Shown here: positions 51,746-64,000 of the stretch, in pieces
Position numbering within the stretch: the first letter of the stretch is position 1
Layout of the letters: each line of letters opens with the position of its first letter
Source: Octopus sinensis
Lineage: Eukaryota
Reading direction: 5' to 3'
DNA: 64,000 nt
NCBI RefSeq assembly: GCF_006345805.1
Contig: NW_021835472.1
Span: forward strand, 1-64,000
Notes under the pieces: model-generated
What the model was told of the DNA's origin: nothing
Seen by the model: the letters and a program-made list of their open reading frames with translations, nothing else
The model's database searches: none
Translations under genes and position numbers: made by a program

Positions 51746-52398
51746 CACACACATATACATGTGTGTGTGTGTATTTACCTCTATATGTAAACATGTATAT
51801 GAACACCCTCCACACACACACATATATATATGACGTATATAAGTATGTATATACTTATGTATTTCAGAATATATGCTTGTCTGTGTATGTTATGTGTTTA
51901 TCATCACGTTTGAGAGCGTGCTGGATTATCTTGCTAGATAATCCGGCACGAGACATTCGTAAAGAGAGAAAGCCGTATAGAATAACATGTATGTACATAT
52001 TTGTACACCATCAACATATATCCATATATACACGAAATAATAAGTTACATATACCTGTGTACATATCCAGGTGTGTCCGTGTGTGTTTGTCTGTGTGTGT
52101 GTGTGTGTGTGTATGTGTGTGTTCATGCGTATGACAATATACATGTACGCACAACACGTACATCTACGTAAATACAAATATATACATATATAGAAGGTGA
52201 AAAAAGCGATGCGTAGATTTCTGTTTATTTGCACGCATTTCGGTCTGTTCGTATGCACGAACACGTGCATGCCATTCTCCTCCTCTCAATTGCTTTGTAT
52301 GTTCATGTACATACATATACATGCATACATATATACAAGCATGCATATGTGCGTTTGCGTGTACGCGCATGTGTGCACAGGTATATGTTTTATATATT

Positions 52399-52429
<31 letters not shown>

Positions 52430-52505
52430 TTGTATATATATATATATATACACATATATATATTTATAGTTGTGTGTAGGTGTGCTTGAACATGTATGTG
52501 TTTGA

Positions 52506-52606
<101 letters not shown>

Positions 52607-52729
52607 AACATATATGTATATATATATAGATATATATATACACACATATATATATATACATATATATTATATTATATATATATTTATAAACACACGCATA
52701 CATACGTACTCACACATACGGACACACTG

Positions 52730-52794
<65 letters not shown>

Positions 52795-53364
52795 GCTATG
52801 TGAGTGTTGGTGTTCCGGTGTAATTGTGCGAATGAGTGAGGGCGTGCGTATTTGTTTGATGTTAGCGTTGTCCGTTTCGACGGCGGTGGGTGTCACTGAT
52901 CGTTGAGACGGAGGGGTTTCTTTTTTTTTTGGGGGGGGGGGTCTGAATATGACGCCGTAATTACAGGTTTTAAATGTTGCTGCGTATTAATGCCGAAGTT
53001 TTTACATCCCACTTCGCAGCAGGGGACGCTGGAACAAGGAATAGGCCTTGGATTTAACTAGTCACAGGAACTATTTCAAAATCATTAAAAGCTTTTCCGT
53101 TTCGTGTATGCCTGGAAAATAAATACATACATCCGTGCGAACAAAGATATAATACGTACACACATATGCATGTATATATATGTATGTATACAAAGTGCAT
53201 ATATACATATGTGTGACTGGGTATACATACATTCATACATACATATATATATATATATACATATATATACATTACATACACATATATATATACATATGTA
53301 TATGTATATATTATATATATGTATGTACATACAAATTATATGTATATTTTATATATTATATATC

Positions 53365-53397
<33 letters not shown>

Positions 53398-54220
53398 ATA
53401 TATATATATATATATAACATATGTGTACATAGACATATATACATATATGTATATATGTATAGGTATATATTATATGTATGTATGTACGTATGCATGTATA
53501 TGTATAGCTATCTATTTATATATATGTGTGCGTGTGTGTGTATATATACATATATCTGTATGTATGATTATATGAACCGTGTATATTGGTATAGCCAACA
53601 GCGCTGTTTTCATTAAAGGCAGGCTTGGCACATGTTGTGGTCCCCGTTAAAATATAATTATTTCTAAATCCATTATAGATTGAAGAACGTAGTCGTTTAG
53701 TCAGTGTTCTTGTACAGATATTAACAAGAATATACGAACAAGAACACTGTACATATATGAAAAAAAAATTAAAGAACACAACTCCGGTAAAATCAACATC
53801 CTTCTCCATCAATCATGAAGACCATTCCTGGCCAATCACTCTCCTGGATATATCTACCAAATCTCATTTACTTATATGATGAAACGCTATATTACACAAA
53901 GAACACAAATAAATGAGTGGTAGATATAGGCCTGTATAATTGTATGTTAGTTTTCTTTTCCTGTATGTATGTGTTTACGAGATTACGCATGACATGTTTA
54001 TACTTTTTGCAAATAAATTTGCTAAATAATCTATGTACTCATATCATACAACAAAGCCACCGTACAGAGGCAGACACACACATGAAGAAAAGAGCATACA
54101 TGGTGTCTTATGACTTCAGTAAGTGAAAGTTAAGTGTTGGATCAATGTAAAATATAACTTGTGTGTATATGGATTTAGTCAGTGATATTTAGGGGCCTCT
54201 CTATGTATAAAATGATGCAT

Positions 54221-54530
54221 ATCTTTTTATATAAAGTTGAAGTTGTGTGTGTGAGACTCTGTCTCCTCCGATTTAGATTTCTAACTACTCCCACATTTTG
54301 CGTTGCAGTTTAACCAAAAGCAGATATCTTATAGTCATCATTCATATCGAGCCCTTCTGGGTATTAGCGCGCGTCTACGATGAGTCTACGATTTAAAACA
54401 AAATTTACCATCATTTTTCCGCATTTTTAATGATTTTTGCTCGGGTTATATAAGGGAAGTAACTCTCTAAAAATGCTTATATAGTTATTTCCCTTACAAA
54501 CCCGAGCAACGCCGGGCGATACTGCTAGTA
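54221..54530 (-). mobile_element. Helentron/DINE-1-like (Lep1-type) non-autonomous element
   Basis: Minus strand starts TACTAGCAGTATCGCCCGGCGTTGCTCGGG, has internal hairpin AAGGGAAATAACT..AGTTACTTCCCTT, and ends CACACACACAACTTCAACTTTATATAAAAAGAT. This end layout is typical of the class. Confidence 0.6.
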
Positions 54531-54584
54531 TGTATATATATATATTTATTTATTTATATATTTATATATATATATATATATGCA

Positions 54585-54640
<56 letters not shown>

Positions 54641-55240
54641 CAGATATACATGCATATATATATCTATATAAACACATAGATAAAGTCGTGTGGCTCCGTA
54701 GTAAGGGCTTCCAGCTTACGATTGTACGGTAATGAGTTCAAATCCTGGGGCTGTGCTGTGTCCTTGAGCAGGACACCAGAATGAAGTGTACTTGCAATTG
54801 AAAGCATTAGTTTAAGAGTATTCGTGTTTATGGAATACTCAGCCACTTACACGTAAATTTCACGAGCAGGATGTTCCATCGACGGTGTGCCAGTTCAGTG
54901 AGTGAGTGTGCGTGCGTGTGTGTGCGAGTGTACGTGTGTGTTACTCTATGCATGCATATGTTTATACATACAAGTTGGTAGAAAACTATTAATTGTGTGT
55001 AATCTGATATGTGAAAACGCTGGCTAAGTGGTAACAGTAATGCATTCACAATCCTTAGATCAGTGTTTCCATTCGCGGACCAGGCTGCAAATCATACTGT
55101 GTTCTTGAACAAGAGAAAATACCCTATTTCACGTTGTTGCAGTAAATGGCTAACATTGCGACAGACTAACCTTCCTATCAAGGAGTATGTTGGCCTGATC
55201 GTCTAGCCTGTGTGGTTCCTTAATCGAAATCTTAATCAAT

Positions 55241-55663
55241 AGGCGCAGGAGTGGCTGTGTGGTAAGTAGCTTCCTTACCAACCACATGGTTCCGGGTTCA
55301 GTCCCACTGCGTGGCACCTTGGGCAAGTGTCTTCTACTATAGCCTCGGGCCGACCAAAGCCTTGCGAGTGGATTTGGTAGACGGAAACTGAAAGAAGCCC
55401 GTCGTATATATGTATGTATATATATATATGTATGTGTGTGTGTTTGTGTGTCTGTGTTTGTCCCCCCAACATTGTTTGACAACCGATGCTGGTGTGTTTA
55501 TGTCCCCGTTACTTAGCGGTTCGGCAAAAGGGACCGATAGAATAAGTACTGGGCTTACAAAAAGAATAAGTCCCGGGGTCGAGTTGCTCGACTAAAGGCG
55601 GTGCTCCAGCATGGCCGCAGTCAAATGACTGAAACAAGTAAAAGAGGTAAAAAAATAAAAGAG
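55241..55663 (+). mobile_element. SINE family A, near-consensus full length
   Basis: AGGCGCAGGAGTGGCTGTGTGGTAAGTAGC..GGTTCCGGGTTCAGTCCC..GAAACAAGTAAAAGAG. Confidence 0.95.
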
Positions 55664-55974
55664 TAATGCAAAAGAACATTGAGACTAGCGTTGTATTACA
55701 GTATCCGACAGTCTAATCGAGACCGTGAAACCGTGTGATAAATTGATATTAGACGTATGGGATATAAGACGTATATATGTGTAGATATTTCGTGAATTAA
55801 AGTACCTAGCATTTAATTCGGTGAGATGTCTGGTTAGAGGGGCATAGTCTAGTACTCCGTTACTTACTGTGACGAAGGTTCCGGTTAATCCGATCAACGA
55901 AACAGCCTAATCGTGATATTAATTTGTGAATGTCCTCAGATTTGTAACCACGTGGATGCATTGTTAGAATACCG

Positions 55975-56200
55975 TATTTATTTCTTTATTGCCCACAGGG
56001 GTCTAAACATACAAGGGACAAACAAACGGATTAAGTCGATTATATCGACCCCAGTACTCAACTGATACTTATTTAATCGACCCTGAAAAGGATGAAAGGC
56101 AAAGTCAATCTCGGCAGAATTTGAACTCAGAACGTAGCGACTGACGAAATACTGCTAAGCATTTCGCCCGGCGTGTTAACGATTCTGCAAGCTCGCAGTC
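55975..56200 (-). mobile_element. SINE family B
   Basis: Homologous to 3562-3800. Confidence 0.88.
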
Positions 56201-56357
56201 TTCAATAGGGTTACAACACCGTATTATTGAGATATACGTCTTGAGAGATCCTCTGATATAGATATATATAAGAAGCACAGACATATATAAGAAGCACAGA
56301 CATAAAGGATATAAAGAATGCTATTCCATTCCGTATTAGTACTTCTTCAGTCGCTAG

Positions 56358-56390
<33 letters not shown>

Positions 56391-56870
56391 TATATATAGC
56401 TATTTTGTACTTGGTTTCCTAAGTTCTTTATGAGAATTCGTGTGTTGAAACATATTTTAGTGTGTCTGGGGAGAGTCATTCTCTTTTGGTGCCTTATTAT
56501 TTAACACACTCAACGATTCGATTTCCATTCATTTACCTATTTATTTATTAGAAAAAATACATAAGTAAACAAGTGGAAATAGAACCGGTGTGTGTATTAA
56601 GCACTAAATCACTAAAAGAGAATGACTCTCCTCAGACGAGTAATATATATATATATATACATGCCCGTGCGTGTGTCCTAGTGTGTGTGCGTGTGTATAT
56701 GTATGTAGCCCGGACCAGCAAGGCTGAAAATTTTCCTTTACATTTACGGAAGAATATGTGGCTGGAGCGTTACTAACGATACGAATGAATGTAAAAGAAA
56801 GAAGTGTATATTTATATAAATTTATATACACAGAAGCATGCACACTTCAATATATACATATTTATATATA

Positions 56871-56906
<36 letters not shown>

Positions 56907-57950
56907 TATACATATATTTATACATAAATATATATAAGCATATACGTATATACATATATATATATACACACACAAATAAAAAAACACGCTCACAATCAGG
57001 TGCAAAAACATATACATAAATATCAACTGCATCCATTTGGATAATATCGCATATTATTAGATTTGAGTTGAAGAATTGAAGAAAATTCAGATTTGTTTCT
57101 AGAAAATAAATGTAAAAATAAAGAAAAAAAAGCATTAATAGGAACTGCGAAAAAATATAAAGAAAAACAATTGAAAAAGATGACAATTAAATTAATAACT
57201 GAACGTAAATAAATAATTTAAATATAAATAAATGAATCAAAATATGCAAATGAATAAATTAAGTTGTATTGAATTTTCAAAAAAAAAATTTTGTTTCAAT
57301 TAATTATCGTAACAATTAATTCGGTTAATGGTGCGCTAATTAAAATATCTTGTATTAATGGTTTGATATTGATGCTATTACAACGGCAGATAGTTGACGA
57401 AATAAAATAAAATAAAATAAAATAAAAGTAAATTAAAATAAATTAAAAATTAAAAAAAACAAAAACATACTAATACAGCGACGAAATAAAATAATTTAAG
57501 ATAACATTATTACGAATTAAAGAGGATACACAAATAACAAATATATATATAAACATACACACACACACACATTTATATATATTTATATAGATAGATGTAC
57601 ATATATACATATACAAGGATGCATATACACACACATGTATATGTGCATATATATATATAAATATATATAAATGTGTGTGTGTGTGTGTGTACGTTTATAT
57701 ATATTTACTGAAGGCCAATATTTTAGGACGTCGCTACTCAGAGTTCCTTCTCGCTGAAAGTGTTGCTTATGGTGATAACAAAAACATGCTACCTTAATTT
57801 CCCTAAATGAGAAACTACTGTGTCTCTACTGAGCGTATCACCAAATCCGAAATAGCATATATACTCTAGCACATGTATCGAGTACAATTTCACCCATTTT
57901 CTCCCAATCCCACCATTGATATACATATATATATATATATATTAGAAGAA

Positions 57951-58159
57951 ATGAGGAATGAGGAAGCTGATGAGGACATGATGAATAAAAAGAAGATGAA
58001 GCATGAAACACCCCAAAAAATAACACAATAAAATTATATGAAAGACAAAGAACACACGCTCACATATACTAGCAAAACGCACATACGCACATGCAGACAC
58101 ACGTGTGTATGTATGTGTGTTCTGATCTCAAGTAATACCTGTACATCATCTCCAAACCT

Positions 58160-58229
<70 letters not shown>

Positions 58230-58869
58230 ATATATATATATATGAAGGTACGCTTTTTCTATACGTGTATTTATATATGTGCATGTGTCACTGTTATTCT
58301 AAACTTATATACAACACCAAAGTAGACCTATCCACTGACTCCAAGTGAAGATTTCTCAATCTGAAAACTGAGACTTCCCGCCTGTGTTTCATGGCAGAAT
58401 TTTTATAGTTTATTTACGTGTTTTTTTTTTCCTTCATGAAACACATATTTATAGGTTCACTTTAGATCGTATTCTGAAGAATAATTTTCATAGATTTCCA
58501 TATTTATTTTTATATTTGTTTTCTCTTCTTTGTGTTTATCTTTCTTTTAATTAATTTCCAAACAATTTAGTAAATTAATAATTTAATAAATGAATAAAGA
58601 GATGAAAATAGCAGGACGTAGCCCCGAGGCAATCTGATATCACCCGTCTCAGGTTCCAGTCTCCTACACCTTACTTGAGATCAGAACACACACACACACA
58701 TACACACGTGTGTCTGCGTGTGCGTATGTGCGTTTTGCTAGTATACGTGAGCGTGTGTTCTTTGTCTTTCATATAATTTTATTGTGTTTTTTTATTTTTT
58801 TTTTTCCGTTTCATGCTTCATCTTCTTTTTATTCATCATCGTGTCCTCGTCAGCTTCCTCATTCCTCAT
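57951..58869. repeat. Long inverted repeat (arms 57951-58135 and 58671-58869)
   Basis: Arm-by-arm reverse complement matches over about 185-200 bp with few substitutions; 535-bp spacer. Confidence 0.92.
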
Positions 58870-58987
58870 CCCTCATCTTTCGTTGCCGAATTTTCTTTTT
58901 TCATTATCATCAACTTTATCATTTTCTCAACTCATTCTTTACTGCTTACTGGCAAGTGCTTTACAACAACAATTACTACTACTACTG

Positions 58988-59060
<73 letters not shown>

Positions 59061-59181
59061 ATTCTTAGCCGAGATGGCAAAATCGGTAGAACGTTGGAAG
59101 AAATACATTGCGGTATTCTTTCCGCTATCCGACGATTCCTTATATCCTGAAAGACATCTTTGTCTTTTATTCAATTATATA

Positions 59182-59234
<53 letters not shown>

Positions 59235-59239
59235 ACAAA

Positions 59240-60483
59240 TATGTTACATTACTCGATGGTCAAGAGTTTCAGATGCCGATGTGGGAATCAACGACATCTC
59301 TTCGGTTATCTGGCTATTTGAAAACGCTATGAAAAAATACCGTTATACAAAGGGAAATTCCTGTGTTATAACTCTGCTTGCCTGCGTACTTATACATCGC
59401 TTGCATTTTTCGCCATAAAAATTATATAAAAATACATAAAAAATATATAAGAAATATATAAAAATATATAAAATGTATGATAGAAGGTGTGATGAGGTAA
59501 AAAAAAACCTTCTTGGGACATAACATAGAAAGCATGTTCTATCTGGTTTTTTAGGGGACCAAAAACGTAACAGAAATTTAGTCACATGTGGGCATGATCC
59601 GAAAAGTTCTGTCCTTGTGTTTAGACATGTAGTAGGGTCTAAGCTGCTTTTCCAGATAAGCCATCTCTCCATGTCGCATAGACCGCACCTTCCGCTGCCG
59701 TTGGTATAGGGCTTACATCTGGCCAAAATCTTCTAATGTATGTTATAATCGACACCTTTATCTCTTAAAGACCAAATATGATTAGATAATTGTGTCGCTT
59801 TTCTTTTGTTTCAGTGCCTAAAGCTCAAAGTATGGTTATTGAACCTGGCCTTGAAGTTACCCTCTGTAAGGCCCACGTATTTCTTCGTCAAAACGGTGTC
59901 TTTAGTGGTTATAGAGTCTACGGTAGCTTCATATATGATGGTCTTGGACATGCAAGCTCCATTTAGCGGGCACAATTCTTTATTTCTGCATGAACAGCTG
60001 TTTTCTTGTTGTGTTTTTTGTATGTTATGTTTGATTATGTTTTTAAAATTGGTAGTGGAACTAAAACTAATTTTTAAATTGTGTCTATTGAAGAGTTTCC
60101 TATAAGTATGGTTAACTGGAAAATGTATATCTCTCAGTGCTAGGAAATATTTACCTATATTGAAGGCCACCTCGGGTGAGTAAGGGAGCGTAAACCAGAT
60201 GACCTTCCTATTTCTATTATTCCTTTTCCTTACTGTTGGGCTAGTAATAGGTGTATATTTTATTTTTTCTCTAAAACCACTATCTTTTAAAGCCTTATTA
60301 TAAACTGGGGCAACGCTATTGAAGATGTTCTTATGAGAGGAGAGGCTAGAAATCCTCTTACTAATATTTTTAACTAAATTTTTGAATACTATAGGGGGAT
60401 GGCAAGAACCTACATTAATATAACTTAGTCTATCATTGGGCTTCCTATAAGGCTTATAAATATTCTTATAGGAAGCCCAATGA
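59240..60483 (-). mobile_element. 5'-truncated Penelope-like retroelement (RT thumb, Cys-rich linker, GIY-YIG endonuclease, hammerhead-bearing tail)
   Basis: One frame from 60464: NIYKPYRKPND..SCHPP..KRISSLSS..ALKDSGF..VIWFTLPYS..CSCRNKELCPLNGAC..IIYEATV..KYVGLTE..KARFNNH..SFRH*..NIH*KILARCKPYTNG..RCGLC..E..LNTRTEL..CPH. Only two stops (TGA, TAG). Confidence 0.93.
59260..59315 (-). ncRNA. Degenerate hammerhead-like motif (family 3) in the PLE 3' tail
   Basis: GATAA-CCGAAGA-GATGTCG..CGGCATC-T-GAAACTC; U4 is changed to C and the cleavage-site segment is deleted relative to 27859-27929. Confidence 0.6.
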
Positions 60484-60810
60484 GTAAGGACCAGGCCTTA
60501 GAAACATACAGGGGTCTATTCATTCGACCAAATTTCAAGGTGGTGCTCCATCTAATGATTGAAACAAAGTATGAAACAATAACCATTTACTGTGAATTTG
60601 CTACTTTCCACTGTTATTGGAGCTTGTATTCTTACCTCAATAATTTTATGCAACTCAACCACAATAAGCAGAACAACAATTGGTTAAAATATTTCTTGAC
60701 CTTCCCCTGACGATCCATTCTCTTGCAAGAAAATACTGCAACATATTTCTCTTCACCTCTACATTGATTCTACTGCTCACCGACTGCAAAACAATACATA
60801 ATGATGAAAT

Positions 60811-60980
60811 AGGAGTGGCTGTGTGGTAACTAGCTTGCTTACGATCCACATGGTTCCAGGTTAAGTCCCACGGCGTGGCACCTTAGGCAAGTGTCTTCTA
60901 CTATAGCCTCGGGCTGACCGAAGCCTTGTGAGTTGATTTGGTAGACGGACACTGAAAGTAGCCCGTTATATATATGTATG

Positions 60981-61025
<45 letters not shown>

Positions 61026-61361
61026 ATATACATATATATATATTGATATATATATTTATATTGATATATATATATCTATATATATATATATATATAATAT
61101 ATATATATTATGTATATATACATATATTGTATATATATGTGTGTGTGTGTGTATGTTTGTGTGTCTGTGTTTGTCCCCCCAGCATCGCTTGACAATATAT
61201 GCTGGTGTGCTTACTTCCCCGTAAGCTAGCGGTTCGGCAAAAGCAACCGATAGAATAAGTGCTAGGCTTACAAAGAATAAGTCCTGGGGTCTATTTGCTC
61301 GAGTAAAAAAGCGGTGCTCCAGCATGGTCACAGTCAAACGACTGAAACAAGTAAAAGAATA
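60811..61361 (+). mobile_element. SINE family A with expanded internal (AT)n
   Basis: Head and 3' half are separated by about 190 bp of AT/GT microsatellite. Confidence 0.9.
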
Positions 61362-63068
61362 TAAGTTTATGTCAAACAAGTACTACTATTGTAACCGACT
61401 ACTATTATCCACAAAAATACGTGAGTCTGTGTTTATGTTAGAAATCAGTTACTTAGTTTTCGCTGATGGATGATTTTTAACGCTATGCCAATATATTCTT
61501 AATTAACAGTGGCCATGTTTCTTTATGAAACCTGCCGCAATGAAGATGTTTTCTAAAAAAAAAATTGAAATTACCCGGGATCTGGTAACGGGATACTACT
61601 TTTGAAATCTCCTACAAAAGTGTCATGATAATCGTTATGAGGATATCAAGAAAGTGACCAGGAAAGTCGTTCGTTGACCTATTGGTGCCGCAAACAAAAA
61701 TTTAATTTTCCCGTCAAAATATGTGAAGGAATACGATTTATATTTAAATTAAAAGGCTTGGAAATTTTTCGATTACTATGGCGTAGTATTAATTACAGCT
61801 TATTGTATGTTGTGTTAAAAATCAAACCAGGGTTTGACGAATAGAAGCGATCCTGGCTTCTCGTGTTCAATCAGCAACAGTGGTACCAAGCTGTTTCCGT
61901 TCAATTCGGTGGAATTTCTCTTGGAGAAGAATCGCTGGAATAGAGAAGCAAGGACTTACAGGGGTTGGAATATGCTAACATTTCGCAAAAAGGGGCTTTT
62001 ATGAACTTACACATACATATGTTGAAATTTGGTTAACCTTAACCGGCGAAGGGACCTATCCATGGTCAAGGGGTTACACAGGTATTGCTGAGTTATAAAG
62101 TAGTTCGCTTCACAGCCATGCGGTCATGGGAATCAATCCCACAGCCTGACATCTTACCAACTGTCATTTACCATAGCCTCACATCGTCCAAAACCTTATG
62201 AAGCAAAGAATATAGGTGGAAATTGTGTAGAATCCTGTCGGACAAACTGCAGCTACAATGGAAAGAACCAGCTTTATCATATTTGAGTCTTGCCGATTTT
62301 AGCAGAAAATTATGTTAAGGTACACCTATCTGCGGAATATTCACTCAGCTTGTACTCTTTGGGGGTTAGGAGTGTTAGATATGGTACGATTTAATTAATG
62401 TAAAGTCTGATTATTATAAAATAAAAAAAAACATGTCCTTACTGCACAATAGCAAGTATTTGAAGAAAGATCGTTCTGAAAGAATCATAGATAAATGTCG
62501 GATAAAAATATAGTGGCATTAGGTAGGGCTGATGCTCACAAGTTGTGGATCTTTCCCCAGGGGTGGGGGATGAAAAAATGTCATCTGTTCAAAGGAGAAT
62601 TTGACAAAGGAAATAATGAATAACGAATAATAATATTAATAACAAATACTACTACTAATATGACCATAATAATAGGAGAATAAATGAGAAAGAGAGAAGA
62701 AAAGATGAAAGACAGAATAAGGAATGAAAACTGAAAAGGGAAAATAGTAGGAAGACGAAGGAAAGAAATGATAAAGAAGAAAATTAACGAAAAAAAAAAG
62801 AATTATTTAAAGGTGTAGAAAATTAATTGGGAGCTGACCTAATTAAAACAATATTGTCAAAACAGAAAAAGAAGAAAACAATAAAAATGAAAACAAAAAA
62901 GTGCAGTAAACAATAAGCGAGAACCAGTATCTCTAATTACACTTTGTATGATAAAATAAACAAAGCGGGAAATTGCTAAAATAGGAGATGAAACGACGGA
63001 TGGTGTGGAGAGAAATCGGCAGCTATCATTTTTGCTACAACAAAAAGCGAAAACATAATAATAATAGC

Positions 63069-63102
<34 letters not shown>

Positions 63103-63654
63103 TAAAATATAATAATAATAATAACAATAATAATAATAATGATAATAATTGCGCTTAAGGGATCTTATCGAAGAAGGAATTAAGTCAAAAAGAAAGAAGA
63201 ATTAGGGAAAAGAAATCTTTAGTGAATGGTTCGTGTTAGAAAAAGAAATAGCAGTGAATATCCAAAACAGGAGATTTGTACAAAAACAAAATGGCCTAAA
63301 AATAAATGAATAAATAAATAACTCAACAACAAAAACAACAACTGCACTAGCAGTGATAACCAATCAAAATACTCATAAAAAAGTTTCGGTTAATTGTTCA
63401 GGGACATGGGTTTTAGAGAAAGAGAAATATAATTGTGAAAACACGATGGTTAGAAACCTCTGTTGAGATTGTGGATGTAATTATAACATAACAAATGTAT
63501 TGCTTTATAATGAAGTCAGAAATGATTTGTATAAGCGGGTATGAATCCATACATTTGTGCGTCTGCGCATGCGTGTGTGTGTTTGCATGTGTGTTGATAT
63601 AAGTTCATGTGTGTATATCAGAGTTTAGACACGATAATAATGTACAAGCCACAA

Positions 63655-64000
63655 GGCAACGAGCTGGCAGAAACGTTAGCACGGCGGAAGGCGGCGAGCT
63701 GGCAGAAACGTTACGTTCTGAGTTCAAATTCCGCCGAGGTCGACTTTACCCTTCTTCCTTGCGGGGTCGATTATCTAAGTACCAATTTAAGTAATCAACT
63801 TATTCCATTTGTCCCCTGTATGTTTAGCCCCTTGTGTGTATTAAAAAAAAAAAAAGGAAGATTAGCTCGCCTGGCGAAATGCATAGCATTCTGAGTTTAA
63901 ATTACCCCGAAGTCTACTTTGCCTTTCATCCTTTCGGGATCGGTAAATTAAGTACCAGTTGTATACTGGAGTCGATCAAATCGACTGGGCCCTCCCCCAA
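63655..64000 (+). mobile_element. Two SINE family B copies (first has a duplicated head; second runs off the window)
   Basis: GGCAACGAGCTGGCAGAAACGTTAGCACGGCGG-AAGGCGGCGAGCTGGCAGAAACGTTAC; second TCTGAGTTTAAATT..GCCTTTCATCCTTTCGGGATCG. Confidence 0.85.

Noticed and set aside
57967-58010. CTGATGAGGAC...CATGAAAC as a hammerhead
   Set aside because: Intervening purine-rich sequence cannot form stem II, and there is no stem I or III.
59811-59813. In-frame TGA in the PLE as selenocysteine (reported for some Naiad-type PLEs)
   Set aside because: It falls after SFRH, not at a Cys motif position. A TAG (probably from Trp) follows 27 codons later, and I see no SECIS. An alignment to intact copies would settle it.
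61580-62080. Complex unique sequence as a possible exon or decayed transposase
   Set aside because: Plus-strand frames I translated are interrupted and show no recognisable motif; RNA-seq or BLASTx is needed.

Overview
AT-rich, non-coding eukaryotic DNA. The repeat content (dense microsatellites, several tRNA-derived SINE families, R4/Dong-type LINEs, Penelope-like elements) points to an octopus (coleoid cephalopod) intron or intergenic region; this is inferred from repeat families, not from a database match. I find no intact host gene, rRNA, true tRNA gene or CRISPR array. Nearly all ORFs in the track are translations of (AT)n, (CAT)n, (AAT)n, (TAG)n or (GATA)n arrays. Recognisable coding remnants are all transposon-derived: (1) a 5'-truncated Penelope-like element (PLE) with RT thumb, Cys-rich linker and GIY-YIG endonuclease in one frame with two stops (59240-60483, minus); (2) an L1/Tx1-type ORF1 with a CCHC zinc knuckle and a frame-preserving 10 x 16-bp repeat (24215-25380); (3) several R4/Dong-type RT/REase fragments; (4) an internally deleted mariner with intact TIRs and TA duplication. 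The most interesting signal is a set of at least four sequence-distinct families of minimal type-I hammerhead-ribozyme motifs in short PLE-type tails. They include a recurrent variant with U at core position 6, a tail apparently joined to a tRNA-like Pol III head (SINE/retrozyme hybrid), and head-to-head inverted pairs. Two long foldback inversions and head/tail-shuffled SINEs also stand out. Coordinates were counted by hand and may be off by a few bases. SINE family letters A-D and hammerhead families 1-4 are my own labels.
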